This document shows, in pieces, positions 12,601-26,300 of a stretch of DNA of 64,000 bases; the stretch's first letter is position 1; every line of letters begins with the position of its first letter. Below the pieces are notes generated by a model. The model was not told where the DNA came from, ran no database searches, and worked only from the letters and a program-made list of their open reading frames with translations. This stretch comes from Syncephalis fuscata S228 (lineage: Eukaryota; Fungi; Zoopagomycota): contig JAHLTZ010000007.1 of assembly GCA_025786725.1 (NCBI GenBank), positions 744,001-808,000 on the forward strand. The letters are read 5' to 3'. A program made the position numbers and the translations under genes.

Positions 12601-14895
12601 TGTTTCTATCCTGTCGTCTTCGTCAGTTCCAGTGGACGAACTATTGTCAGCTACACTTCCCAATACGCTTGCTGTTTTATCGACGCGGCATTGCTATTCC
12701 TCCAAACTCGCTTTATTACTTAGCAAAACACCGCAATCACCATTATTTTCAGTTCCCTTAGCGCGTACCTCCTGCAGTGCTGCGCAAAGTAAAACTCAAA
12801 AAACAATGCAGGTAATATTAACAGAACCAGAAGAGCAGCTTTGCCAGCTATTGGACTCAGCTACAAAGTGGCTACATGAACGTCAGCCTGATCAATCGCC
12901 AGTTGAATTGAGAATAGCCGGCGGCTGGGTACGCGACAAGGTAAATAAAACTTTCGCTAGTGGCTGGTCAATGAAGCAATTCTTACTGTCTTTATTAGCT
13001 ATTGGGCTTAGAAAGCCATGATTTAGATATAGCCATTGATAGTATGACAGGATTCGAGTTTGCACAGCGACTAGCGGAATATCAGCAGAGCATAGGCAAA
13101 GAAATGAAAAGTATCGCCAGAATTGCCAGTAATCCCGAGCGCTCGAAGCATTTGGAAACTGCTACTTCGGTTGTTTTAGGTCTTTCGTTGGATTTTGTCC
13201 ATCTGCGCTGTGAAGAATATCAAGAAAATAGCCGAATTCCAAATAATGTGGTCAGTATATCCAGTTATATTAGCAAAAACGTCTAACGGCATAAAAGTCT
13301 TTTGGCACACCTACTCAAGATGCTTACCGGCGAGATGTCACAATTAATACGCTATTCTACAATGTACATAGCCGTCAGGTTGAAGATTTTACCAATATGG
13401 TAGGCAGTTTAAGTATTGTAGACTGTGCCATCGTATTAATAAAATATAGGGATTGCGTGATTTACAACAAGGCGTGGTACGCACACCATTAGCACCATAC
13501 GAAACATTTAAAGACGATCCATTGCGCGTATTACGCTGCATCCGATTTGCCAGTCGATTCAACTTTGAAATTGCTTCAAATGCATATGAGTGTATGAAAG
13601 ATACACGCATCAAGGTAGATTAGCACTTTTATTCGTAAAATGTAAATGGTACGATAAATTGTGGATAAATAGACAGCATTGCAGGAAAAGATCAGCCGAG
13701 AACGTATTGGCGTTGAAATGGGCAAAATGTTGCAAGGTAATAGCTATAAGAATGTTAGACAAACGAACTAACTTGCTAATTCTATTATACGATTCCAAAA
13801 GATAACAATCCAATATTTGCACTTACCACACTTTATGACACAAATCTATACGATGCAGTATTTGCATTACCCAATCGTCTTGTTAAAGGAGAGCTGGGTG
13901 ATTCAACTCGTATTTTACCTATGGCACACTATTTAAAACGGCAAGTATAGTACGAATAGGCATATTGCATTGGCATGTAATAACGTTGGTGTATTTAGAT
14001 TATTAGCAGCCGAAAATAATACCCACTTATTGAGTGCTAACAAGACAGAGCGCTATTTACTTTATCTTTCTACTGCAGTATCTCATTACCGATCACTGAC
14101 AACCACGGAGCAAGGAAAGAAACGGATGGTACCAGCTGCGTATGTCGTTGTAAAAGAAAGCTTAAAGGTAACTTATAATTAATCTGCCAAGAATGTAAAA
14201 TAATTCAAAACAGCTATCTGTTGCTGAAGCGGAACAAGTATCTTCGTTAATACAGGCACTTGAACTAGCACAGGAAACAGTAAAGGATGCATCTATTTAT
14301 GGTGATCGTGCCTCATTAGGTAAAAATATAGTATTATTCTAGTAACAACAATAATAAGCAATGATGTAATAGGAAAACGTATTAGACATATTGCAGTAGA
14401 TCTAAATGCTAAATCACATTGGCGATTGGCGTTCATATTAGCACTGGTGGATGATCTAACTATTGCGCAGTTACCAGCATTATCGGGTCAGTTACTGCTA
14501 TTTATATAATAATAACAATGATCTGTATTGCACCCAACTAATAACAGATTTAGATGAAGAAGGGAGGATAATTAAAATGTACGAGGATTGGATGAAGGCA
14601 GTCGAATCATTTGGATTATTACAAGTACATACAGAACGTTATCTTATTGATGTAAGACTATTTATCTACATTAATTGATTTTCACTAACAATTATTATTA
14701 TTATTATTATATTATTATTATTATTATTATTAGGGAAAAGAAGTGGCTAAACTGTTTAATATACGTCCTGGACCACAGATTAAAGAATTACTTGAAAAGT
14801 ATGTAATGCCATGGCAGTTGGCTCATCCACAAGGAACAACCGATGAGTGTCGACACTATTTACAGTCGATTCAAACAAATGCTGCCGATAAATAA
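12600..14895 (+). CDS. CCA1: CCA tRNA nucleotidyltransferase (class II)
   Basis: LRIAGGWVRDK, SHDLDIA, NPERSKHLETA, DAYRRDVTIN and FKDDPLRVLRCIRF motifs over many short exons. Upstream ATG at 12600 (needs one indel), in-frame ATG at 12806, stop at 14893-14895. Confidence 0.93.
14691..14732. repeat. (TTA)n microsatellite at the 3' end of the last CCA1 intron
   Basis: Near-perfect att/tta run ending at the TAG acceptor. Confidence 0.9.
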
Positions 14896-14924
14896 TTGTT
14901 AATAAATTATGTGATTTATTATAG

Positions 14925-17011
14925 CTATTGTACATGTTTATTGCGTATTTGCTGTATTTTATGATACCAAGTATCAAGGTGTAAAAGCATTTGGTGTGGT
15001 AGTTTATCTCGTTTTGTATCCAATTGGTGGTAAACTTGCTCAAAATGAGTCCAAGCTGATTCACGACATAGACCATTCATCAAAATTACTGATATATGAT
15101 GGGCCAGTTTTGCATAATAAGGAACGAGCTCTTCCCAGACAGCAATAGCCTCGGAAAATGCCTTCATTCTTAGTAGGCCTTTTAATAATGTTTCAATTAC
15201 TGTACCGCTAGGGCGAATATGTTCCTTTTCACGGTAGGTACGGTATATACGCAAACAAGTAGCCTTATCGCCAACTGCTGCAAATACACGTATTGCCGCT
15301 GCTATAACAATCCAGTTAGGCCGTTGTTGGTTAGTTTGCAGCGAATGCCATAGTGTATAAGCAAGCGAACCATCATTCAATAAATAGGCCGCATGAAATA
15401 GATTCGAATAAATATGCTGATTAAGAACGAGACCTGATCGTTTTAAGTCAGTATTGTAGAAAGTAACAGCATCAAGCGGATGTCCACTGTTAATCAGTCG
15501 AGTTAGTAATACACCAAATGTTGCAATGTGGGTATGGCGTGCATTCGACGGAATCGTGATAGAATTTGCCGTGCTTCTATCAAATCGATGGGTCGTCGTT
15601 GTCGAGCACAAAGTGTATTAAGCGTTGCCATATCTGGCATAACATCTGGTGGTAAGGATCGCATTGCTACGTGCAATTCCTTAAGCATAGCCTCGTTGCC
15701 CGTGTCAATCATTGTAGCCATTAAATGACTGAATCCTGGGTGGACCTTTCTCACCTTGGCCGATGATGACCATACATCCTTATTTAGTAGCAAATCTACA
15801 GCTCGATTACTAAGGCCATGCTGTGTATAACCGCGAATCATTTCGAGATAAGTGATTGTATCGGTGCCTAGATAGCCAGTGCCGCGCATTTGTTGGAATA
15901 GATGTTCTGCTTGTTTCATATCGCCCATTGCTACTAATCCACGCAAGCGAATATTGCATAACTTCACCGAATGACACACCTTATGCTTAAATGACAGATT
16001 CCATAGCTTATCTGCCGCTAAATACCACCGTTGCTGGATTAGGCCCTGTAACAAAGCACCAAATGGCACTGGACTCGCTGGAATACTCTTTCTATCGATA
16101 TAACGCAAATAATGATAGAATATACGAGCAGCTCCCCGTACATCTATTGCATTTACACTGGCATGAATAAAAATGGCATAGCTATAATCAGTCGGCTCAA
16201 GTCCCGCAGAAATAGCCTGATTGAATAATTGGCGTGTTTGTTCCAAGTCTCCTAGCTTTGCACATCGATGCATTAGCCGGTTGTACGTTTGCATATCTGG
16301 TAATTGACCAAATGCCGCCATTTTCTCCACAAACTGACCAACTTCTTCGCTATGTCCCAATCGTATATGAGCAAGTAGAGCAAGATTCCATACAGCTATT
16401 GGCAATGCCGTAAAATTAATCTGTAACTGTTCAAATGTTGCCAATAGATTTGTATAGTCATTAAGTGCGCGATACGCATTCATAGCATCCCTCCAGGTGA
16501 TAACATCCAGTGAATGACCGCATTTCTCCATATCTTTGACAATTGTTAATATCCAACGAGCCGACGTTTCATCTACATGACGTAATAAAAGCTGTCGAAA
16601 TACGTAAAAATCTGCTATACTCAAATTCACAATGCCCAAAGCCTCTTTTGATTTTAAATAGCTGTAATGGCGCCATAAACGCGTCTGTAGCTCGTTGGTC
16701 AGCCGAGGACGTAACGACGGAAAGGCGGATCGATTTTTCGACGATATATTCGGAATATTTAAAGACCATAGCAATGAGCGAAACTGCGCTAATGATATGG
16801 CCAATTTATCCGTCCCTAAAGGCGATACTGCATCGACAGCTTCTTTTGTTAGCGTTGTTATTGTTGGACACGATCGAGATTGCGTAGACATCCCATAGGC
16901 TATCAAACTTGAACCATGCGGTAATAGTCGTGGCCGAGTCTTTAAACGTAATGGTGTTGTAATCAAGTCCGAACGTAGAAACCACGACCGGAAGCGTATC
17001 CACAGTGGCAT
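14925..17011 (-). CDS. Pentatricopeptide-repeat (PPR) protein, probably mitochondrial
   Basis: Tandem ~35-aa repeats (TYNRLMHRCAKLGDLEQTRQLFNQAISAGLEPTD; SYAIFIHA...; TYLEMIRGY...). Two ORFs are joined by a one-base shift near 15530. First ATG at 17011 gives an Arg-rich N-terminus (MPLWIRFRS). Confidence 0.88.
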
Positions 17012-17220
17012 TCCCTTCCATGCATTCCACGTATGCAAGAGGGATTCTAGATAGTGTACACGCTGCAATAACAACAACAACAACGATCCTTCGTAACAAA
17101 TCAAACAACCAAGGTGTTGTTATATTCGTGGAAAAAAGAAAGAAGAAAGAATCTGTTGAAAAAGAAACATTAATATGCGCGTGTCTTTTTACTTGCCTAT
17201 CGTTTCTCTGCTCCGTCATC

Positions 17221-18632
17221 ATGTCACTACAAGATATCGTTGTTGGCGAGACACCGCCACAACAAAGGCAATTACATGAACAACATACACAACATCAGTA
17301 CTGGCTATTCTCGCCAGAGGAATTGGATTTAATGCGTACTAAGCATAACGAACGTGCCCATCAACGTATATTAGCCAATTGGCAACAAGAATGGGTAAGT
17401 ACAGTCAAACACAAGCAGTTGTTTATTCACAAGTCATAGGCACTCTTAGAAAAACAAATGTCAGAAGATTTTGCTCTTTTAAACGTAGCAGAAGAACTGA
17501 CGCTATGTAATTACTTTGAGCAAACTGTTCAATTAGCCTGCCGTCGCTTTAAGTTTCCTGATAGCGTATTGGTAAGTTGAGCGTGTTGGCTGGTCTCAAT
17601 AATCTATATGGTCAACTTATTTGTTTATACTTTGTAGGCAACGGCTGTCATCTATATGAAACGCTTTTATTTATTTAATACGGTAATGGACTATCTGCCC
17701 AACGATATTATGTAAATGTCAATGATGCATTTAATGGCATGCAATAATAACAACTTCTATCATCCGTACTTTTAGGTTGACGTGTTTATATCTTGCCAGT
17801 AAAACTGAAGGATTTTTCCTTTCTATCAACGATTTTGTAGGCAAATTCAAAAAGGTAACCGCACAAAGTGTTACCGACATGGAAATGATTGTATGTGAAA
17901 GCTTGAAATTCCATTTTACCATTCATCAGCCATATCGACCACTGTATGGGTTCTTCCTCGATCTACAAGTGAGTTGTCGTGTGTGTTGATAAATCTCTAG
18001 AATAGTAACTAACACGTCGATTATTGTTTAATAGAGAATGGGCGGTCTTTCTATGGACATACTAAGAACGACGTATGACCATGCAATAAAATGGGTGTCT
18101 ACCTCTCTCTTTACCGATGTATGTTTACTTTATCAGCCATCGCAAGTGGCACTGGCTGCATGGCGTTTGGCAGCAAATGAAACCGGACTTGATATCACTC
18201 GGTAAGTTTAACATAGCTTTATAAATGAATAGAGTGATAAACGATAAGCTATAGATATCTGACTGGATTGCCATCGGCTATTGATCAGATAGACCCTCTT
18301 GCATTAGAGCAATTGATGGCTACACTAGATAGCATTACTAGTATTCTGCGCAACTACACGCCCATTACACGCCAACAAGTAGAGTCTATTGATCGGCGAT
18401 TGAGAGATTGCCGCAATCCGGCTCTTAATCCACTCTGTGCTCTGTAAGTTGCCACTGGTAGATTGATTAATAATCGGTTATCTAGAAAAGCTATTGTTGC
18501 ATTACTAATATTGATTTATTTAGTTATAAACAACAAGAAGCGGAAGCGGAGAAGGTAACAAACGAGCATAAACGACAAAAGAGAGCGGCAACTGCCTCTA
18601 ATCAGGATGCAGATGCTTCAGTGTTTTCTTGA
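17221..18632 (+). CDS. CCL1: Cyclin H (CAK/TFIIH cyclin, Ccl1/Mcs2 type)
   Basis: QHQYWLFS, ATAVIYMKRFYLFNTVMDY, TCLYLASKTE, HQPYRPLYGF and LLYQPSQVALAA across several introns. Confidence 0.88.
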
Positions 18633-18705
18633 GCCAGTATTAGCGACATCATATAATAAAAATTGATTTTTTGTACCAAATAATAAAAGTATGTCACGGC
18701 TATTT

Positions 18706-19122
18706 CTACTCTGTAGCATTGCTTAATGCTTCTAACTGGGCGTGCAACTTGTTTTGAAAACTAAATCGATAGCCAGCACTAATAGTAGATAATAAACTGT
18801 CCATAGATTCAAATAGTTCGTTTACAAATTTATGGCTAGCAGTATCATTGTCGTTTTTTGTATTCCAAGCGCTTACTATCTATTTATAGTATAATTGTTT
18901 AATAGCTTGTTTATCCATACGTGTCAAGCTTACCTTATAGCCACGATCCGATAATGCCATTACCAAGCAAGTATCTTCAATGGTTGTAAACTGAATGAAT
19001 GACTGTTTATGAGGGCCATACTCTTCTTGGCTATTGTTTGCTATAGTAAATTCGCCTTGAATTCCGTGGCCATATTCTGTCTGAAGCACACCAAGCTCTT
19101 CTTCAATAGCCTTGGGTAGCAT
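18706..19122 (-). CDS. GSKIP/DUF727-domain protein
   Basis: Two exons (intron ~18880-18933): ...FTTIEDTCLVMALSDRGYK|IVS...FESMDSLLSTISAGYRFSFQNKLHAQLEAL, the GSKIP pattern. Confidence 0.75.
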
Positions 19123-20214
19123 TGCGGTTCAGTCAGTGAGAACAGTCAAGTGCAGTGTAAAGTGGAATGAAAAGAATAGTTGTTTATAACCATTGATCTG
19201 CAGAGTATTGTGTATTCATAGCAAATTATATTAATTATAATAAAACAGTTGGACAATGTAACTGTGTATTTATGGCAATGTTCCTATCATTAATTGGATT
19301 CAAATGACAAAATATTGGTTTATATGTTTACTAATATCAAAGTTCTTATTTAAGCTAAGCTCATTTATAAATATTTTTATAAAAAAACTATATTTGTAAA
19401 AGCGATTATATTGCTTAAGATGTTGTGGTAAATTCGTTTGGCTTACCTTTTCATTTCAGATTGATTTGGCAATAATATAAACAGATTTACTTGCCACGTC
19501 ATGTAGCTTTCAAACTATTCAATATTATTCAATTTAGCTATTTCAGTCATAGCAGCAAGCAATAAGCCAAGTAGAATTATAGTTTTATTTGCATAGCGTT
19601 ACAATTCTAATTAAAGCAATGCAATTTTATTGCTATTGAATAATACTAGCATTATAAAATAAGCGTAACTAATAATAAATCTTGAATGCTTTGCATTATA
19701 TATCATCAACACAACATATCATATCATTTAAGTGTTAATAGGTTTCTAATCAACATGTAATTACTTTTCGTATCTTTTTAATATTTGTTTATTGTTGGAA
19801 TTACCGCTGATATCCAATACATATACTATTGCTTTCTGTTCACACGTAATATCAACAGGTTTGTCTAGTCATATAATATATCTATTGTATACATTGTCAT
19901 AATACGATCATCGTAAAAATGTTAGTTTTTTTACCAATCATGGCTTATATAACTGAAATATAGCAAAATGATTGCTGGATTCGAGGTCTCCATGTTTAGT
20001 TATGCAGATTGGCATAAAATATAAACAATGATTTTTGCAAAAAAGTTGACTAAAAATATATTTGTTTAATTGAAATAAAACTGAGCGATGACTGACGTCA
20101 GCTATCAAAATCTCATTATAATAAATTTATTATTCTGTACGCATAACCATCCACTTATTTATATCATTTTTACAGTGCTGTATTATTACTATTTACACTG
20201 TCTTTATTTCTAGC

Positions 20215-22877
20215 TTTCTTTATGCATATTAAATAATTACTTTTTATTATCTATTCATTTGTTTTAATCAAAGCTAAGAAAGTTTTTAAATTTATACCAA
20301 AATAATTTTAAATTAGCCATTGCTGCGGATAAAGCGTGAAAAATGAATTTGGCTTTAAAGCTGGATTTCAACTATAAAGAAATGGATATTGCCAAATCAC
20401 GAGATATTAGATTCAGAAGAGTTTGCAGTTTTTACACTAGTAAGACTAGCCGTGGTGGCCATTTTAGTTTTTTTAGTGTTAGCATGATGTTGATAAGCAC
20501 TAGGCTGTCCCGTTTGCACAGGTTGTCCTGTGTACATATGATGCACGAGCACTGGGTTAGGATTATATACCATATTCATTGTTTGTTGACTGCAGGCAGC
20601 ATCGGGTATTATAACAGGTATAATGAGGATAACATTAGGAACTTCATCGAATCTTGTTAATGCCTTGCGTGTATAAATACCAATACTCAAAACAAGAATA
20701 TTAAAAACATGGCTAACTTTATCGGAGTCAAGAACATAGGATAGGTCAGGTGCAAATATTAAAATGCAATGAGCTGCTAATACAAGTAGTTGTCTACACT
20801 TAAAGCCTAATCCTGAATGGCTGCTATGTTTGCTTTGAACATACTGCCAAACAAACAAACCAGCTGAGAGAAGGTTAATCGCTAAGCTTATGCCATAACC
20901 AAGACGCGCCAGAGTGGCTGCTGTTTTATAAGCTGATGGAGTAGGACGGTTATAAAAAAGGATTGAACTACCAATCACCAAAGCAGTGCCAATGCTATAG
21001 ATAATCATTCCAATAACACCAAATCGATGAATTACTTGAGCTTGTTGGGTAATTGTCTTGCTCATAGACCAACTCTTGTTGCACAAATTTAGTTAGTTAC
21101 ATGTTATTATATTATTGGTACAATGTTAAGTGGATGTGTGATAATTAATAAAGCAGAAACGGAAAGATAACTTACCATACTAGCACCAAGTTTGCAATAA
21201 TAAGTTAATCATCCAGCCGGAAAAAACAAGCACTGGTGCTGAATAAAGTAGGAGCTACAATTAAAACTATATGCCCCATCAATGCTCATTCCAAAACTAA
21301 TTATGGCAACCAATGTGGCACTAATTAGATACAATGGTATTTAGTGTTTGTCTAAATGTAACGCCAAAAATGGAGACAACCAATGCCAAAAAGTAGAATT
21401 GCAACTGCAGTTTTTCAATGGATCAGTTCCAGGTAATAAGGATTGCTTTTAATCCACATGATCAAAGGAGTCAGAGTGAAATTATCTGACATGATGGTGT
21501 AGTTGTTTATAAAATCACGTTATTTAGTAGAGAGTTTTTAAAGGTGCGTAATACTATATGAGCTAGTAGCTGTAATAGCAATTTGCGTCCAAAATAAAAG
21601 AGAGCAACTAACTATTATCTATCAAAAAATAGAGTTGCACTTGATAATAGAGGAAAGTATCAGGTTAGTAAAAATGATTTATGAATAGAGATTGGGATAA
21701 AGACTGCTCGTCGGTTTAAGCTTTTACAGCATCAAGCTTTTAGCATATTTGCTTTAGTTTGAGCCATAAACGCCAAAAAATAACATCCAAAGAAACAGGA
21801 TAGTAAGCTGGCATGTACCCAGTTCAATGAACAATGCGCCTGGGACACGCACATGCCATACATTGTATACCTGTATTTTGTCACTATATTGTGTAACGTA
21901 TTTTATTATTAGCTTATGTTTCATAGATGTGCAATGCAACAGACATCGCCCCTAGGCTTAAACCCATTCTAACCATAATCTATCCACGTGTATTTGTTAA
22001 ACGACAATGTTCATCGTCTTCGTACTTACATTACTAGCCCTCATTTTTACTTGCTTTGCTAATAGCTAAATGCAAGATTAATTCATGTCATTCAATATAA
22101 GGTAGTTTAAAATAGTTTATTTATACCAGTTGAATACAACAAAAATGAAACAAAAATAATGGCTTGAATATTACATGCATACTGTTACAATTCAAGACAA
22201 AGAACTTGTGTAATCTAGAGCAATTTTTGAATGGTAAAGACAAACAGGCTATAGAACATGGGAGCCAGCATTTTTGTGAAAACATTATTGCAAGATGAAA
22301 CACAAAGGCTAACAACGTCAAAATAATCAACACATGTTCATCTTTTGCGTTTAAAACGTAGTATCGCATTAATTGTGCTTGTATTACAAACCAACTTACG
22401 TTTAAGCAAACCTTCAATGTTATGAGCTCGGGGAACTAACAATGATGCATATTCAAAATGGTCAATGTGACAATATACCAATCATTTATAATTATACCAG
22501 ATAAGACATGTTTAAGAAATCTAGTATAGACCAACCTTTTACTTTATTGATAGCATTTAATCTGAGTGCTAGTTTTAGCTATACCGGGTTTGATAGGTTA
22601 GATACATCATTACACCATCAAATTTGTTTCGTAGTTAATTGTCAATTGCTTCGATTTAGTAACATTGACCAACAATTATTATACTGATATAGCAGTTGTA
22701 GTTATTTTGATATTTATCAAACATTGTTTCATCTGACGATAACTCTTGAAGTATGCTGTCAAGCAATTTATTAACTAGCACTATAATAATGTTATCAATA
22801 TCCCTACTTGCTTCTAGGATACTGTAAATATGTTTTGTTATGTGCATATTCTATCAACTGCTAAAAGTGTACAATAC
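20215..22877 (-). repeat. Arm 2 of the inverted segmental duplication
   Basis: Reverse-complement homolog of 9718-12600, including ~1.4 kb of upstream non-coding DNA. Confidence 0.9.
20397..21492 (-). pseudogene. Membrane family copy 5 (inverted paralog of copy 4), probably inactivated
   Basis: Exon 2 is intact and similar to copy 4 (IHRF...SIG.ALVI; GLGFK.RQLLV.AAHC). Exon 1 has several frameshifts and the intron acceptor reads aacaa where copy 4 has aacag. Confidence 0.6.
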
Positions 22878-23347
22878 CTTTTATGCACACTTTAATTTCA
22901 GCACCACTATTCATACTTTTCATATTATACATTCAGTATACTGTATGTTATTCTATTGTCTATTATTAGTTTATACTCAAAATCGCTGCTCGTTTAACGC
23001 TAGCGCTACTTGTTAAAACTTCAAATTATTCGGTCATTGTACTGTCATGTACACTATAGCTTTATTGTTGATATTCATGTGCTTTCACTTACGGCTTTTA
23101 TATTATTTTATGCTTTGTTAGTTGCATACTGTTAATAAAAAGAAAAATCTTTTGAAATATTAATAATAATAATTTCTAAATAAATTGTTATGTTAGAATA
23201 CGATTATCACTAGAGATTTGATCCATTGTAGATTGTACATTTGATTCTATGTTATTTTGTTTTAATTTCTATTAATACTGGTACCACTATTGTGACATTC
23301 AAATGGAAGCATGTAAATACTATTTGTTTATTAGCTATCTAATAAAC

Positions 23348-26300
23348 TTATGCTTCATAATATGAGTCGAGATGTGCCTGTCTTCCACCCATGACGCCAT
23401 ACAACTCGCGCAAGCATGTACCGACACCTTCTAGCTCGTGGACTAAATCGCCCATCGCCAGCACATAGGCAAAATAAAGCACAAATCGTTCGTCTTCAAT
23501 ACGCCAATGATCTATGCTATTTTCTAGTTCTAGTGCCGTGGCTTTACTAGAGCTTGCCTGCGCATCATTGACTGTGTTGCCATTATAAGCGCTTGGCATG
23601 GTGACAGTGGCCCGCATCTCAGGTAGTTTTCGCACTCGAGCAATTAGCGCGTGCCATGTCTCGGCAATTGGCGGTAAATAGGCTGGTACAGGCATTTTTA
23701 GCAAAAGAGCTGCAGCCGCCGAGTACATATATAGCTCGATGGCTCCGTTCATACGCCGACGCTCGGATTGGACTGGTTGCACAAAGTCTTTTCGGACTTT
23801 TTGTACCCAATTAACGTCTGTGATCGCCATTCGTAGAGTCAACATACGATCGATCAGTGCTTGACAATGGCCTAACATTCGACCGTAGGCATCAATGGGA
23901 AATGGTCCTTTAAGACGAGGTTCATTTCGCGTCAGTGCCAATAAATCTTGCAGCCTTAGCAATTTAAGTTGCAATAGCATTTCCAATGCTAAAAACTCTT
24001 GATAACTACGTGCCATTCTCTCAGCCTCGGATAAAGGCTGCGCGAACGCAGTGGTGTCGTTTCTGTAGACACACACTCATCAACGGTTGGTCCCTCTTCA
24101 GACCATGATTTGCTGTAAAGCAATATCATTTTGTGATATAACAAATTAAGATTAATAAAGAAATCACATATGCCACGACGTAATTCGGCCCGCGCTTCAT
24201 ATGGCCATACATATCTAGTACTTGTGTAAATTAATTGTATTAACGAATTGATGAGCTTACATGGTGCCTAGCAGCCCTATGATAACGCCAATCGTCACTG
24301 TAATAGCACGAGTCAAGGCAACATCTCTAATCTCCAGTTCGTCGTCTTCGTAGACGGCATACTGGCTCATGAGCACCGTAGTAAAAGTCATGCATGAGAA
24401 CTGGCCCACTCGCGGATAACCAGTGTGCATTACCAGGTGGAAACACGGTAAGGCAAATAGAAATGCGACACAAGGTAGTATGATACGTGAGCCTGGAAAT
24501 AGCGTGTAGGCCAGATAAGCTACGACGGAGCCAAGTATTGTACCAATTATACGATAAATGGCCACTACATTAGAGCCGCCTACTGTTGGAGTCATAACTA
24601 CGGCCATCTAATAAATGTGTTACTATTTTTTAATCAAAACACAATAATTATCTTACTGAAATAACAGCCCATTCTCCACGGTAGCTTTGATAAGTTTCAC
24701 GCCAGTTATCCATAAAGGCCGGCGCGATTAATAGCATAGCAAATAGGGCACTTTTAATGGCATAACGCATTTTAAATTGTTTAAACATATCGCCCGATTT
24801 TACCAGTGATAATGAGAATCTTTGAAATGCAGTCTTTGGTCTTGGTGAGTGTAGTGTATCTTGCATACTTTTAGGATCGAATCGTTGCCAAACTGCTTCT
24901 ATTTGTGTATCGTCTCCAATGTCCGGCAGCGATCTTTCTTTATCATCGAGTCAGTAATAAATTTTATTACATGTAAGCATTCAACTTACTTGACCATCCA
25001 TTTGCCAGACGTTCTTTAAATGCTGTCCACCAAGTGCGCTGTTTTGACACTTGAAGCTGGTCAAATTGCTCAACAACAATTTTCAATTGATGGGCGAATT
25101 TTTGTAAACTAAACAGAAAAAAATAAACGGGAAAGGCGCCTTCACTAATGCTGTTATTGTCTTCATTATCCATGACCAAATTATGCGTGCCATCAGCAGC
25201 AGAATCGCCTGTATGGCCTATATTAGCCTTAATACGAGCCCAGGCCCGTTTTCGACCAAATATCGTGTACAATTGACGTAGAGCAATGGATTTCTCTCGG
25301 TTAAAATGTACCAGTGCCAAATCCAAATTACTCAACAAACGGCTGGTATTCGCCGGCGAATTGGTAGTAACTGATCGATGTAGCTGAGTTATGGTACGCT
25401 TGCACGTGTAAGAAAGTGCACGCATTACTGGGCCGACACCTTCTAAGAAAAGACGCAGTTCGTCTTCGGCAAGACCACTCATCTGAGTAGAAGTTGTAAG
25501 GTTATTGCTGCCGTTACTGTCTACGGCAATTGGCGTTTTGCCTTTACTTTGATCATTCTCAATATTAACTAGAACTGGCTGTTTTGTTTTTCGCGCTAAT
25601 GTAGCTACTATCCTTGCTACTTTTTGTTGGGCCAGCATTTCTCGTTGTACGCCGATACAACTACTTAGACCGCTTACGTGTTGCGTAAGACTATTGAGTG
25701 AATCGATTAGAGAAGCGTAGGCCGGCAAGTGTGGCCATATAGGATCAGCCGGTTCTAATTGAGCCTCATGTAGCGATTTCTTTAACGAGGCAAATGATTG
25801 TCGATGTGCAGCTAATGCTGTGGGTAAAGCAGCCACAGGTGCATTACCATCTAATAAAAATGTTTTTACCAATATTCTTAATAAGCCATTAAATGATTGT
25901 AATGTTGATGCAACATCATTGCTAAATAGTTATGATCAAGTAAGTTACAAATTGCCATAATTGCATTATTATTATTATTACTAACCATAAATCTTTGCTT
26001 GCCTTTTGTGTCCAAAGCACATAATTGATTATCAAACAGATACTGATGCCGGTAAGAAATGCTTGCTGTGGACCAATAAGTGCATCCCAGTCAATAGTCT
26101 TGACGTGGGACTCGTCTGCAATAATACGTGCTACTCCCACGTACATTGTCAAGCTAGCAACAGAGCCTGCCGTGTAGACCGAGGGCCGTTTGAGCCATGC
26201 CTTGGCCGCGGCAACACCAAATGTACCAATACCACCCACGCCTATTACGCCAACCCACTCTGATAGCGTGGTATGCCCGTGTATGTTTAACTGAGTCACA

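Noticed and set aside
16543-17222. Several overlapping short ORFs around the PPR/cyclin H divergent region
   Set aside because: Antisense or off-frame shadows of the PPR gene; the same applies to most small ORFs overlapping called genes.
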